Assembly (NCBI GenBank): GCA_025464625.1
Contig: JAOAUZ010000004.1
Location: 18,607 to 82,606 of the forward strand
Length of the DNA stretch: 64,000 bases
From: Rickettsiales bacterium
Lineage (GTDB): Bacteria; Pseudomonadota; Alphaproteobacteria; Rickettsiales; SXRF01
Direction of reading: 5' to 3'
Under the pieces are notes generated by a model. That model saw only the letters and a program-made list of their open reading frames with translations, was not told the origin of the DNA and did not search any database. The translations under genes and the position numbers were made by a program. Positions within the stretch are counted from its first letter, which is position 1; each line of letters begins with the position of its first letter. Shown piece after piece: positions 1-10,220 of this stretch.

Positions 1-305
1 ACGCCCTAGCCAAGGAACGGGCGAACCTATGGTGATAGGTAGCAAACCAAAATGGGGTTTAAAATCGCAAACTTCGCACGGTCTTCCCATAGGAAAACCC
101 CATGTCATAATCATCGCACCAGGTATAGGAACGCTAACTTTGGCGGAAGCATTGGAAACTAGAGGCGAAGGTGCGGTAAGGATTGCAGAGGCAATTAATA
201 GAACAGCCAAAGGTCGGCGCAGCGAGTTACGCAGAAAATTCTTGATACGGTTGTGGTGCAGAATGATTGGCACGAACACAAAACCTTTAACTTAAGAAAT
301 GAATT
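1..305 (+). ncRNA. rnpB: RNase P RNA (type A), 3' portion, truncated by the window start
   Basis: Conserved RNase P blocks are present: GGTGCGGTAAG at 170-180 and CAGAATGATTGGCACGAACACAAAACCTTTA at 259-289. These resemble E. coli ...GGUGCGGUAAGAGC... and ...AGAUGAAUGACUGUCCACGACAGAACCCGGCUUA (from memory). The 3' end is approximate. Confidence 0.65.
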
Positions 306-379
306 TAACAAATATTAGGCAATAACTTATGACAGATATTTTAATATTGTCTTAACTATAGCCTATAATTATTACAGTT

Positions 380-1576
380 TTATGACAATAAAGAAAGAAT
401 TTTCTGCGCTGCTATATAGCTGGGCAGGGTTTTATCGTCTGGCACTAGCTTTTCCAAGGCAAGTTTGATGCCCACTTTTTGCTTATTTTGTAAGTCTGGC
501 ATTGATAGCAGGGCGTTGGCACAGCTCGCAAGCATCGCAGGGGTTGAATGTTCCTGTAATAGCTCAGGAATCACCTCTTTTTTTAGTAAAATATTGATAA
601 GATTAGCATATTTTATTTTTATCATGCGCCTGAGCCACCAAACGGAAAATCTATTCATCTTATAGGTAATAAGCATCGGCACCCCAGCGATTGCCACTTC
701 AAATGCCACAGTTCCAGATTTTACAAAGGCAAACTGGCTGGCTGCTATGGCATCTTTTTTGTCCTGTTCGTTTTCCGCAATCACCGCACGGAACGGGCAG
801 TTATTGAGGTAAGGAGCGAGCAATTCCGAAGCATGTTCTGGAACAGCAATCACCAAAGCAAGATTGGGATAGCAAGTGGCAAGCATGGATAACGCTCGTG
901 TAAACACGGGCATGTGCCTGTTTATTTCTGCTTTACGACTGCCGGGTAATAAACAAAACAGCATAGTGTTTTTAGGAATTTCATATTTCACGCGGAACAC
1001 ATTCCCATTGCCAGATGTGCTTTCACAGACCACGGGGTGACCAACAAATGTGCAGTCCAGCCCAACTTTTTTGAAATATGGTGGTTCAAATGGCAACAAA
1101 AGCAGCATGTGGTCAAATAGTTCTTTGCATTTTTTTGCTCTTTCAGGTTTATACGCCCACACTGTGGGGGCAACATAATGCACGAATTTGCTTTTAAATT
1201 CAGCTTTGCGTAGCTTTTCCACCACGCGGAAACAGAATCCGGGTGAATCAATGGTAACAACAATATCTGGTTGTTTAGAAATTACATCTTCTATGGTAGA
1301 TGCAATATGGGCGAGGGTACGGAATAAATAAGGCACTATTTCAACGAATCCCATGAGCGACAAATCATGATAGGGGAATATGCTTTCTAAGCCTTCCTCC
1401 TCCATTCTTTCACCACCGATGCCATAAAACAGCACTGGCTTTTTATATTGTGCGCGCAGCTCATGCATCAGCTGTGCGCCAAGAAAATCACCAGACGGTT
1501 CGCCAGCTATCAAATAAACTACAAGCGGCTTTTCATATTTTATTTCAGTATTTATGACTTCATCCATACTTAACAC
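380..1576 (-). CDS. lpxB: Lipid-A-disaccharide synthase
   Basis: 398-aa ORF with N-terminal motif VYLIAGEPSGDFLGAQLM. It sits in an lpx operon. Confidence 0.93.
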   Translation of the reverse strand: MLSMDEVINTEIKYEKPLVVYLIAGEPSGDFLGAQLMHELRAQYKKPVLFYGIGGERMEEEGLESIFPYHDLSLMGFVEIVPYLFRTLAHIASTIEDVISKQPDIVVTIDSPGFCFRVVEKLRKAEFKSKFVHYVAPTVWAYKPERAKKCKELFDHMLLLLPFEPPYFKKVGLDCTFVGHPVVCESTSGNGNVFRVKYEIPKNTMLFCLLPGSRKAEINRHMPVFTRALSMLATCYPNLALVIAVPEHASELLAPYLNNCPFRAVIAENEQDKKDAIAASQFAFVKSGTVAFEVAIAGVPMLITYKMNRFSVWWLRRMIKIKYANLINILLKKEVIPELLQEHSTPAMLASCANALLSMPDLQNKQKVGIKLALEKLVPDDKTLPSYIAAQKILSLLS

Positions 1577-2381
1577 CTACCACAAACAAACCATATTCAT
1601 CAGCTTTTTTGATAAGTTCTTTTTTGTCAATAAATAAACTGCCATGAGCTTCAACCGCTACTCCAGCAAAGCCTGCCTTATATAAATTTTCAATAGTTTT
1701 AACCCCGATGGATGGTAAATCAATTTTTTCTTCCTGATTGGGTTTTTTTGCTTTCACCAGAACGCCAGTTTTTCCCGTTTTCTGTTTTAATCTTTGGCAG
1801 TGAGAAATTAGAGAGTCTGTTCCAGTTTCATCTTCTGTTCCAAGAACAAAACCATTTTCAACAATGACTGCTTGCCCAATATCCAGCGCGCCAAGATTTT
1901 TTGCTGCTGCCATACCAATCATAATATCTGATTTTGCTTGTTTGTCTGGTGATATTTTAGTGAATACACCTTCGTCAACCAATATATCATTTAATATAGA
2001 ATCCACACCAACTATGGTGAAATTTTCTTCTTCAAAAAAAGATATTATTGCTTTGAGCAGTGCATCATCGCCAGAGAAAAAAGCCTTGCCAAGTTTTTTC
2101 AGTAGGGCTGCACCAGCTGCATCTGGCTTTAATGAGGTAAGGGAAGGGCGTTTTATTCCGCCAGCCATTACCACTTCCTCAACCCCAGCATTTCTAAGAT
2201 GTTTTAGTGCTTCGCCAACTGCCCCGATGCGCACCACAGCATGTGGGACATTTCTCATGATTTCAGGATTAAAACTTTCTTCAAAAGCGATAACAAAAAA
2301 GGGGCGATTATTATTTTTGCAGGCATCAATTATTTGTGCGGGAAGGCTACCTTTTCCTGCAATAATTCCTAAGGTTTTCAT
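1560..2381 (-). CDS. lpxI: UDP-2,3-diacylglucosamine pyrophosphatase LpxI (DUF1009)
   Basis: 273-aa ORF starting LGIIAGKGSLP. It lies between lpxA and lpxB, as is typical of alphaproteobacteria. Confidence 0.85.
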   Translation of the reverse strand: MKTLGIIAGKGSLPAQIIDACKNNNRPFFVIAFEESFNPEIMRNVPHAVVRIGAVGEALKHLRNAGVEEVVMAGGIKRPSLTSLKPDAAGAALLKKLGKAFFSGDDALLKAIISFFEEENFTIVGVDSILNDILVDEGVFTKISPDKQAKSDIMIGMAAAKNLGALDIGQAVIVENGFVLGTEDETGTDSLISHCQRLKQKTGKTGVLVKAKKPNQEEKIDLPSIGVKTIENLYKAGFAGVAVEAHGSLFIDKKELIKKADEYGLFVVGVKYG

Positions 2382-3205
2382 GCTGCCTGTGGTGGGGTTT
2401 CACGCCCAGAAGATTTAGGAACACATAGAGAACGTGAGCCTTTATCACTCATGAAGGAAAGTATATCGAGAACTGCTGATATATTGCTATATTCAATTTT
2501 TGCTTTTTCTGCGCGCGCTGCCAAAGTTCCTTCTTCTTCTTCAAAAATCATTTTATACGCATTGCGAAGTGCGTGGATGGTATCTCTGTCAAAACCGCGC
2601 CGCTTCAGCCCAACCAGATTGAGTCCTGCAAGATTAGCACGCTCACCCATAACTGAGCCGTAAGGTATAACGTCATGCTCCACGCCAGACATGCCACCGA
2701 TTACAGCGTGCGCGCCGATGCGAACAAACTGATGAATAGCCGCAAGTCCGCCGATGATAGAAAAATCACCAACTTCTACATGCCCAGCAAGAGTTGCATT
2801 ATTGGCAAGTATAACATTGTTTCCAAGTTGGCAGTCATGTGCGATATGTGAGCTAACCATAAACAAACAATTATTGCCCACTTTGGTGTTCATGCCACCA
2901 CCCTCTGTTCCGGGATTGATGGTGACGTATTCGCGGATAACATTGTTATCGCCGATGGTAAGCGTAGATGGTTCGCCGTGATATTTCAGATCTTGAGGAG
3001 CAAAGCCAAGCGAGGCGAAAGGAAATATCTGGCAATTTTTGCCAATGGTGGTGTTGCCACTTATTGTTACATGCGAGAATAATTTTGTGTCATCACCTAT
3101 TGTAACTTTGCCGTCGATTACGCAATACGCGCCAATAGATACATTTTTCCCGAGTTTGACGCTGTCTGCGATAATCGCGGTAGGATGGATTTTTGAGTTG
3201 CTCAT
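2378..3205 (-). CDS. lpxA: Acyl-ACP--UDP-N-acetylglucosamine O-acyltransferase
   Basis: 275 aa with left-handed beta-helix hexapeptide repeats. N-terminus reads IHPTAIIADSVKLGKNVSIGAYCVI. It follows fabZ. Confidence 0.93.
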   Translation of the reverse strand: MSNSKIHPTAIIADSVKLGKNVSIGAYCVIDGKVTIGDDTKLFSHVTISGNTTIGKNCQIFPFASLGFAPQDLKYHGEPSTLTIGDNNVIREYVTINPGTEGGGMNTKVGNNCLFMVSSHIAHDCQLGNNVILANNATLAGHVEVGDFSIIGGLAAIHQFVRIGAHAVIGGMSGVEHDVIPYGSVMGERANLAGLNLVGLKRRGFDRDTIHALRNAYKMIFEEEEGTLAARAEKAKIEYSNISAVLDILSFMSDKGSRSLCVPKSSGRETPPQAA

Positions 3206-3206
3206 T

Positions 3207-3668
3207 TTAAGTTACAATCATTGCACAGATTACAGCTTCTGCTACTTTAACACCTTCAACCGTTGCCACGCAGGCAAATTTCCAGACATTACGACGACTT
3301 TGTTGCTTATCCACGCGAACATGCAGGCAGTCACCAGGGACAACAACCTTACGGAATTTTGCTTCATCAATTGACATGAAATAAACCAGTTTTCCTTCAG
3401 CCTCTTTGCCTAGGGTATTTACCACCAATATCGCTGCCGTCTGCGCCATTGCCTCGATAATAAGCACCCCGGGCATAACGGGCTTTCCGGGGAAATGACC
3501 AGTAAAAAACGGTTCGTTGATGGTGACGTTTTTAAGCCCTATTGCAAACTCGCCAAGTTCCCACTCAATTATTCTGTCTATCATCAAAAACGGATAACGA
3601 TGCGGGATCATTTCCATAATCCGTTCGATAGGGATAATATCTTTTGAAGCTTTTTTATTTTCTTCCAT
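3207..3668 (-). CDS. fabZ: 3-hydroxyacyl-ACP dehydratase
   Basis: 153 aa with motif [12 protein letters not shown]...[16 protein letters not shown]. Confidence 0.95.
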   Translation of the reverse strand: MEENKKASKDIIPIERIMEMIPHRYPFLMIDRIIEWELGEFAIGLKNVTINEPFFTGHFPGKPVMPGVLIIEAMAQTAAILVVNTLGKEAEGKLVYFMSIDEAKFRKVVVPGDCLHVRVDKQQSRRNVWKFACVATVEGVKVAEAVICAMIVT

Positions 3669-3692
3669 GGCGCGACCTATTTATTATTTAAT

Positions 3693-4730
3693 TTAATCTG
3701 TAACCTGAGATTTCTTTTTCGATAATTTTGCTATTGTAGCAGTTTGTCGGTGCCAATCAAGTATGGGAATGGCAGGAGAACCACCATAAGTTGCACCAGC
3801 AGGAACGTCAGTCATTACGCCAGCCTGTGCGGCTAGTTTTGCGCCATTTCCAATGGTTATATGCCCAGAAAGACCAACTTGTCCGCCTATTAAAACGCCA
3901 TCGCCGATATGGGTGCTACCAGCAATTCCTGTTTGCGCGGCTATCATAGTGTAACGACCAATCTGCACATTGTGACCAATCTGTACCAGATTATCTATCT
4001 TGCTGCTATCACCGATTTTAGTGTCATGTCCAGCACCACGATCTATACATGTGCCAGAACCGATTTCTACATTATTGCCAATTGTCACCAAGCCAAGCTG
4101 CGGAACTTTGGTGACACCTTTTTTGCCAGCAGCGAAACCGAAACCGTCCTGCCCGATATGGACACCGCGATGAATGATAACATTGCTGCCGATAATAGCG
4201 TGACTGATGCTACACAAGCCACCTATGCGTGTTGCTTCACCAATTTCTACCGATTTATCAATTATTGTGTTTGCACCTATCCAGCAGCCGTCAGAAATTT
4301 TTACATTTTCACCAATAACCGCGCCAGTATCAATACGGACATTTTTTCCGATAGAGGCGGATTTGGCAATGATAGCTTGTGGAGAAATAGCAGTAGTAAA
4401 ATTTTCCTGTGGGTAGAATTTTTGTGCAGCTATAGCATAAGCATAATACGGTTCTTCGGTTATCAGAAGCTGCATGGTTTTTGGTGCGCGGTCGGCAAAT
4501 TTTTGACGCACAAAACAAGCACCAGCTTTACTGGTTTCGAAAGCAGAAAGATATTTGGTGTTATCGAGGAAACTGATGTCACCGCTGCCAGCAGTTTCTA
4601 GGGGAGCAACGCCAGAGAATTTCTGTTCCCCAGATGAGGTTGGAAAAGGAGCGATAGTCGCATAAGTCAAGGCAGCTATCTCGCTTAAAGAAACTGCGCC
4701 AGAATTAACAAAAAATCGACTATCGCTCAT
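3693..4730 (-). CDS. lpxD: UDP-3-O-acylglucosamine N-acyltransferase
   Basis: 345 aa with hexapeptide repeats, in the conserved skp-lpxD-fabZ-lpxA order. Confidence 0.92.
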   Translation of the reverse strand: MSDSRFFVNSGAVSLSEIAALTYATIAPFPTSSGEQKFSGVAPLETAGSGDISFLDNTKYLSAFETSKAGACFVRQKFADRAPKTMQLLITEEPYYAYAIAAQKFYPQENFTTAISPQAIIAKSASIGKNVRIDTGAVIGENVKISDGCWIGANTIIDKSVEIGEATRIGGLCSISHAIIGSNVIIHRGVHIGQDGFGFAAGKKGVTKVPQLGLVTIGNNVEIGSGTCIDRGAGHDTKIGDSSKIDNLVQIGHNVQIGRYTMIAAQTGIAGSTHIGDGVLIGGQVGLSGHITIGNGAKLAAQAGVMTDVPAGATYGGSPAIPILDWHRQTATIAKLSKKKSQVTD

Positions 4731-4743
4731 CTATATAACTTTG

Positions 4744-5346
4744 TTATTTCTTGGTATCTTTCTTATCAGCAGCTTTGTTAGCCGCTGGAGCGTCGAACTT
4801 TACATCCAACTTAGGAAGCTTCTTGTTGAGACGTTCTAAAACTTCAGAAGAAATGTCGAGTTTGCTGTCAGCATATAAAATCTGTGAAGTAGGAACCGCA
4901 ATAACAAAGCCTTTTTCTTTTGATATATCAGAAATAATTTCAGTAACTACTTTTTGAATATCATTGAGTGAATGTTCAAAGGCACTGTCCAGTAATGTTT
5001 TCTTTGACTGAGCATCTTTCTGTAAATCACCAACCTTGCCTTTGAAGGCACGAGCTTTTTCTTCAAAAGCATCCTTGGCGAGTACAGATTTCTGTTTCAC
5101 CAATTCCTGCTCTTCTTTTTTGATGCTCTCTTCTTTTTTTGCTATTTCCGCTTGGAAAGATTTTTGTTTGCTTTCTAGCTGTTCACGCACGTTTTTTGCA
5201 GCGGTAGAATCTTTCATTACAAACTGGATATTAACAACAGCGATAGGCTGCTTGCTGTCTTCAGCAAAAACTGGCTGTGCGAAAGCAAGCGTGGCAGTTG
5301 TGAGTAATGTATAAAATATTTTTGGTTTAACTGTTAGATTTTTCAT
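4744..5346 (-). CDS. skp: OmpH/Skp periplasmic chaperone
   Basis: 200 aa with a signal peptide (LAFAQPVFAED) and a K/E-rich coiled-coil body. It lies between bamA and lpxD. Confidence 0.85.
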   Translation of the reverse strand: MKNLTVKPKIFYTLLTTATLAFAQPVFAEDSKQPIAVVNIQFVMKDSTAAKNVREQLESKQKSFQAEIAKKEESIKKEEQELVKQKSVLAKDAFEEKARAFKGKVGDLQKDAQSKKTLLDSAFEHSLNDIQKVVTEIISDISKEKGFVIAVPTSQILYADSKLDISSEVLERLNKKLPKLDVKFDAPAANKAADKKDTKK

Positions 5347-5394
5347 AAATAGTAAGCCCTTTCATCGTGAATAATATATAATTAAAGAATTGAA

Positions 5395-7695
5395 TTAGAA
5401 GCGTGTGCCAAAACTAAAGCGCATAGTTTCCGTAATATCCTCGTCTTGTTTTGCCACGGCATGTGAAAAATCAATACGGATTGGACCAAATGGTGATGAC
5501 CATAGAACACCAGCACCAACTGAAGCACGGACTGCATTACTTTCAGCAACGCCAACACTGCTATTGTCAATTTTCCACAAGCTGCCAGCATCTCCGAATA
5601 TTGCTCCAGAAACTCCTAATTCCTCAGGAAGTCCCAGCGGGAATTTTAATTCAACTGTGCCAGTATAATAGGCATTGCCACCAAGAGCATCGCGTGTTGC
5701 AATATCGCGTGGACCAATACCAGCATTGCGGAAACCGCGCAAATCATCACCACCAACAAAGAAACGATCGTTGATGCGTACGTCACGCCCGCCAACCCCG
5801 AAAGTATACCCAGAAGAACCAGCTATGCTTGTGCGCCACTTGCTGGTGATTGGGTAGTAATAGCTGGCTTTAACATCATGTTTTAGATAGCGAGAATCTC
5901 CACCAAGACCAGCGAATTCTTGGGAAATACGGAAATAATAGCCGCTTGATGGATCGAGCTTGTTGTTGCGATCATCATAAGTCAGGGACTGACTGATTGA
6001 CGAATTCACATTCGTTCCAACTTGCTCTCTAATGTAGATTGATGCTTCAGGTGTCACATCTGTTACGTTGTTTTCGCGCAACGTGTAGTTAACTGCGTGC
6101 TGCAACTTTTCCTGTAGAGCGTAGCTGCTGCGTAAGTTCACACCCTTAGTATCCATGTTATAGGAGCTTTGCTGCAAGAAATCCTGTTTAGTGCGGTAAA
6201 TATCGAAACCAGCAGATATTTCGCGATCAAGGAAATATGGCTCAGTAAAACCAAGCTCGATTTGTTTGCGACGCGCAGCAACAGTCAGGCGGGTTCTAAG
6301 TTCTTGCCCGCGTCCCAACAGATTTTTTTCGCTAACGCCAAAATCACCGAGTACACCGTCAGTGCTAGAAAAGCCAGCACCGATTGTTACTTCACCAGTT
6401 GATTTTTCTTTTACGTCAACATTGATAATCGTTTTGTCAGGTGCGCTGCCTTGCTCATTTTTAATGTCAACTTTTTCAAAAAATCCGAGATTGTTAATGC
6501 GTTGCTCAGAGCGTTGCAGTTTTGAGTTATTATAGGCATCACCTTCGCTCAGGCGGAACTCACGGCGAACCACCTCGTCGAGAGTACGGACGTTGCCAGT
6601 GACGTTGATACGTTCAACATAAACGCGTGGACCTGGTTTGATCGCATACGTTAGATTTACAACTCTCTTTGCAGGATCGCGTTCTAGTGAAGGCTGAATA
6701 TCAACGAAAGCATAGCCAAGATCGCCGAGCCTTTTAGTCATAGCATCAATGGTTTCTTCAACCTTGCTGGCGTTATATCTCTTGCCAGTTTTGGTAGATA
6801 TAATGCCACTGAAATCTGGCTTTTCACCGTTTTTAAGTTCACTATTTATTTTAACGTCACCGAATTTATAACGCACACCTTCTTCCACTACGAAGGTGAT
6901 GTAAAAAGCATCTTTTTTAGGGGATAGTTCAGCATGCGCTGACTTAACCTGAAAATCAGCAAAGCCTTCATTTATATAGTAACGACGGAGTAATTCTTGA
7001 TCAAACTGCAGGCGGTCTGGATCATACTTATCGCTATCGGAGAAAAATTTATACCAGCGTGTTTCTTCGGTGCGGATAACTTTTTGTAAGTCGCTATCGC
7101 TGAATTTGTTATTGCCAACAAAATTTATTTTTTCAACATGTGTGACCGCACCTTCTTTTATCTCATATACCAAATCGACCCTGTTCTGATCCTGTGTGAT
7201 TGTTTTTGGTTCAACAGCAACATTATAGCGACCACTACGACGATAAATATCAATGATACGTTTAACGTCTGATTGCAATTTATCCTGCGCGAAAACGGAA
7301 CGGGTTTTCAGTTCCATTTCTTTTTCTAGATCTGCGGTTTCAATGTGCGAATTGCCTTCAAAGGCAATCTTGTTGATAATAGGGTTTTCAACAACACGCA
7401 CTATCAGGGTATTCCCTGATTTGAGCAACTTAACATCAGAAAAGAAACCAGTCGCATAGAGATTTTTTAAACCAGTATCAATATCATTCTGGTTCAAATT
7501 GTTGGCAGAAGTCATGCCTAGATAGGACATGATGGTGCTGCTTTCAACACGCTGATTTCCTTCAATACGAACAGATGCAGCAGAATGGGCGGCGGCAGGT
7601 TTTTCTGCAGCGTAGGCTGGTATGTAAACACCAGCGAGAAGAATTCCCCATACGGCACTAGATACAATAGAGCGAGATTTCGAATAGTTTAGCAT
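5395..7695 (-). CDS. bamA: Outer membrane protein assembly factor BamA
   Basis: POTRA repeats plus a C-terminal beta-barrel ending ...RFSFGTRF. I place the start at MLNYSK (7695): GAAGGA lies about 7 nt upstream and a signal peptide ...PAYA/AE follows. The ORF track extends to 7758. Confidence 0.93.
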   Translation of the reverse strand: MLNYSKSRSIVSSAVWGILLAGVYIPAYAAEKPAAAHSAASVRIEGNQRVESSTIMSYLGMTSANNLNQNDIDTGLKNLYATGFFSDVKLLKSGNTLIVRVVENPIINKIAFEGNSHIETADLEKEMELKTRSVFAQDKLQSDVKRIIDIYRRSGRYNVAVEPKTITQDQNRVDLVYEIKEGAVTHVEKINFVGNNKFSDSDLQKVIRTEETRWYKFFSDSDKYDPDRLQFDQELLRRYYINEGFADFQVKSAHAELSPKKDAFYITFVVEEGVRYKFGDVKINSELKNGEKPDFSGIISTKTGKRYNASKVEETIDAMTKRLGDLGYAFVDIQPSLERDPAKRVVNLTYAIKPGPRVYVERINVTGNVRTLDEVVRREFRLSEGDAYNNSKLQRSEQRINNLGFFEKVDIKNEQGSAPDKTIINVDVKEKSTGEVTIGAGFSSTDGVLGDFGVSEKNLLGRGQELRTRLTVAARRKQIELGFTEPYFLDREISAGFDIYRTKQDFLQQSSYNMDTKGVNLRSSYALQEKLQHAVNYTLRENNVTDVTPEASIYIREQVGTNVNSSISQSLTYDDRNNKLDPSSGYYFRISQEFAGLGGDSRYLKHDVKASYYYPITSKWRTSIAGSSGYTFGVGGRDVRINDRFFVGGDDLRGFRNAGIGPRDIATRDALGGNAYYTGTVELKFPLGLPEELGVSGAIFGDAGSLWKIDNSSVGVAESNAVRASVGAGVLWSSPFGPIRIDFSHAVAKQDEDITETMRFSFGTRF

Positions 7696-7810
7696 TGCAC
7701 GTCCTTCTTTTTTACCTGCCATTAACTCACAGCAGCAACTTAATAATGCAACCACCACTAATGCTGTAAAATGAGCGTTAAATCAAGGGGAAAAAGCGAT
7801 ATTTGTTTTG

Positions 7811-7958
7811 TAAGAGCCTATTTAGAATCTCGCTAGACTTTAGCAAAAAGAGAAGTTTGCGAGAACCGCAGCAGAGTGTACATTTTAGTACATGAGCATC
7901 GGAAGCGCAGCAAACAAAGCGTTTGTCAAGAATAGTAGAGATTATAAACAGGCTCTTA
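7811..7958. repeat. 148-bp palindromic MITE-like element with ~22-bp terminal inverted repeats
   Basis: The left end is TAAGAGCCTATTTAGAATCTC. The reverse complement of the right end is TAAGAGCCTGTTTATAATCTC. The centre is TGTACATTTTAGTACA. The right TIR contains the rseP stop codon (7956-7958). Confidence 0.7.
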
Positions 7959-9065
7959 AACTAACTTCCGCAAGTCATTGAATAATGTAAATGCCATGAG
8001 CATGGCGAGCAGCGCGAATCCCACACGGAAACCCCATTCCTGCATTTTTTGTGCAAGTGGGCGACCCTGCAAAGCTTCAACGGTGTAATATAGAAGATGT
8101 CCGCCATCAAGAACAGGAACAGGAAGGAGGTTCATAAGCCCCAGATTTGCAGAAATAATAGCAATCAGCCACAGAACAGTGTGGGCATCTTTGCTTGCTG
8201 CTTGACCAGATAATTGAGCAATGCCGACTGGACCTTTCAAATCCTGTGCGCTACGTTTTCCAGCTATCATCTGCCCCATAACTTTTAGGGTTGATTCGCA
8301 GATCATATATGTACGACGGACAGATTCTCCTAATGCGCTGACAAGACCAACATTTTCATATTTTACATTGCCACTTCCAATACCAATCAATGGGCGGGTG
8401 ATTTTATTGCCAAGACCATCATCATCTTCTGTTAGTTTTGGGGTTAGGGTAATGGTTAAATCCTCTTTTTCACGCTCAACTACCAATATTACTGGTGTGC
8501 CGAGATTGGTAGAAAGATTGTAAGAAATATCATTAAAATTGGAAATTTTATTGCCATCAATCATCTTAACTCGGTCGCCAACTTTAAGGCCTGCTGCAAG
8601 GGCAGGTGAATCAGGCATAATTTTGCCAATTATAGGGTCAACTGATGGCAAACCATTGCTCATAATAAAATAAATAAAGACAGCGATAGTAAGCAGGAAA
8701 TTTGCTATTGGACCAGCTGCGACTATCAGCATTTTTTTGTAGAGTGGTTTATAGTGGAAAGCTCCCTTGCGCTCCTCATCGCTCATTACCGCTAACAGGT
8801 CACTGTCAGGTGTGCTTGCAGCGTTAGAATCGCCAAACATTTTTACATAACCGCCGAGCGGCAGCAAAGATACTTTCCAGCGTGTTCCTGACTTATCATT
8901 CCAGCCAAATAATTCCTTTCCGAAACCAATGGAGAATGCTTCGATTTTTACACCACATAATTTGGCTACGATATAGTGACCATATTCATGGATAAACACG
9001 ATAACGCTAAGGACAACTATGAAGGCAGCAAGAGTGTGTCCTGCCGAATAAAGATTTTCAATCAT
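7956..9065 (-). CDS. rseP: RIP zinc metalloprotease RseP
   Basis: 369 aa with HEYGHY (HExxH), a PDZ region and NLLPVPVLDGGH. Confidence 0.93.
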   Translation of the reverse strand: MIENLYSAGHTLAAFIVVLSVIVFIHEYGHYIVAKLCGVKIEAFSIGFGKELFGWNDKSGTRWKVSLLPLGGYVKMFGDSNAASTPDSDLLAVMSDEERKGAFHYKPLYKKMLIVAAGPIANFLLTIAVFIYFIMSNGLPSVDPIIGKIMPDSPALAAGLKVGDRVKMIDGNKISNFNDISYNLSTNLGTPVILVVEREKEDLTITLTPKLTEDDDGLGNKITRPLIGIGSGNVKYENVGLVSALGESVRRTYMICESTLKVMGQMIAGKRSAQDLKGPVGIAQLSGQAASKDAHTVLWLIAIISANLGLMNLLPVPVLDGGHLLYYTVEALQGRPLAQKMQEWGFRVGFALLAMLMAFTLFNDLRKLV

Positions 9066-10219
9066 TTTATATTTCCTATTATGTTTCCTGCATGGTGGCG
9101 TGCGAACTTATCGCATTCCAGCACATCATCTATTGTTTCTAGAGGCTTACTATACAATTTTTCCAGTGTTTTTTCAACTATTTTGGCTATGTCGAGAAAA
9201 GCAATTTCACCTTTTAGAAAACGCTCCACCGCTATTTCATTAGCGGCGTTGAGAATTGTTGGGACGCTGCCTCCTGCTTTTAGTGCGTCATAGGAAAGGC
9301 GTATTGCAGGAAAGCGCATGCTGTCTGGTGCTTCAAAAGTTAGGTTGGATATTTCTTCCAAACGCAATTTATGTACAGGTGCAGAAATTCTCTGCGGATA
9401 GGCAAGGGCGTTGGCAATAGGCGTACACATATCGGGCATACTCATTTGTGCCAGTACTGATCCATCGTTCATTTCAATAAGTGCGTGAATAATTGATTGC
9501 GGATGCACCAATATATGCAGTTGGTCAGCGCGTAAGGGAAATAGATAAAATGCCTCGATTAGTTCCAGCCCTTTATTCATCATAGTTGCCGAATCAACAG
9601 AGATTTTTGCGCCCATATTCCAATTAGGATGACGGACAGCTTGCTCAGGCGTTACGTTTTTCATTTGCTCTAATGTGAATGTGCGAAATGGGCCACCAGA
9701 AGCTGTTATCGTTACGCGGTCGATATGTTCAATTTTCTGATTGTTTAGAAGCTGAAAAATTGCGTTATGTTCGGAATCAACAGGAATAAGTGTTGCACCA
9801 TGTTTTTTTACTTCGCGCTGCACTAATTCGCCCGCGCAGACCAGACTTTCCTTGTTGGCAAGGGCGATAGTTTTTCCGTTTTTAATTGCTGCCAGAGTTG
9901 GTTTTAATCCTGCTGCTCCAACGATTGCCGACATGGTAATATCCGCACCGTCACTTGCTGCGGAAACCACCGCTTCTTCACCAGCGGCTATTTCAATGCC
10001 TGTGCCTTGTAATAAGTCTTTTAATTCGGAATAAAGAGATGGATTGGCTATTACAGCGAGCTTAGGGCGGAATTCTTTTGCCTGTGCAGCGAGTGCAGCA
10101 GCATTATCACGCGCAACTAGGGAAGAAACAGAAAAACTCTGCTTATGAAGTGCAATACATTTTAATGTGTTTTGTCCGATCGTTCCAGTTGAACCGAGAA
10201 TAGTAACGGTTTTGTTCAC
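9062..10219 (-). CDS. dxr: 1-deoxy-D-xylulose 5-phosphate reductoisomerase
   Basis: 385 aa. ILGSTGTIGQNTL at the N-terminus, with PVDSEHNAIFQ. Confidence 0.95.
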   Translation of the reverse strand: MNKTVTILGSTGTIGQNTLKCIALHKQSFSVSSLVARDNAAALAAQAKEFRPKLAVIANPSLYSELKDLLQGTGIEIAAGEEAVVSAASDGADITMSAIVGAAGLKPTLAAIKNGKTIALANKESLVCAGELVQREVKKHGATLIPVDSEHNAIFQLLNNQKIEHIDRVTITASGGPFRTFTLEQMKNVTPEQAVRHPNWNMGAKISVDSATMMNKGLELIEAFYLFPLRADQLHILVHPQSIIHALIEMNDGSVLAQMSMPDMCTPIANALAYPQRISAPVHKLRLEEISNLTFEAPDSMRFPAIRLSYDALKAGGSVPTILNAANEIAVERFLKGEIAFLDIAKIVEKTLEKLYSKPLETIDDVLECDKFARHHAGNIIGNIK

Positions 10220-10220
10220 A

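Noticed and set aside
29-295. 88-aa ORF at the window start
   Set aside because: It lies entirely within sequence carrying conserved RNase P RNA blocks (GGTGCGGTAAG, ...GAATGATTGGCACGAACACAAAACC...). It is most likely a spurious ORF over rnpB.
1864-2418. 184-aa ORF antisense to lpxI. Similar long antisense ORFs lie at 3909-4601, 30521-31072, 47354-47941, 51350-51850 and 56907-57359.
   Set aside because: Each lies opposite a well-supported conserved gene and shows low-complexity shadow-frame composition.
7696-7758. N-terminal extension of bamA (MVVALLSCCCELMAGKKEGRA)
   Set aside because: The downstream ATG at 7695 has a GAAGGA ribosome-binding site and starts a proper signal peptide. The extension is Cys-rich and atypical.
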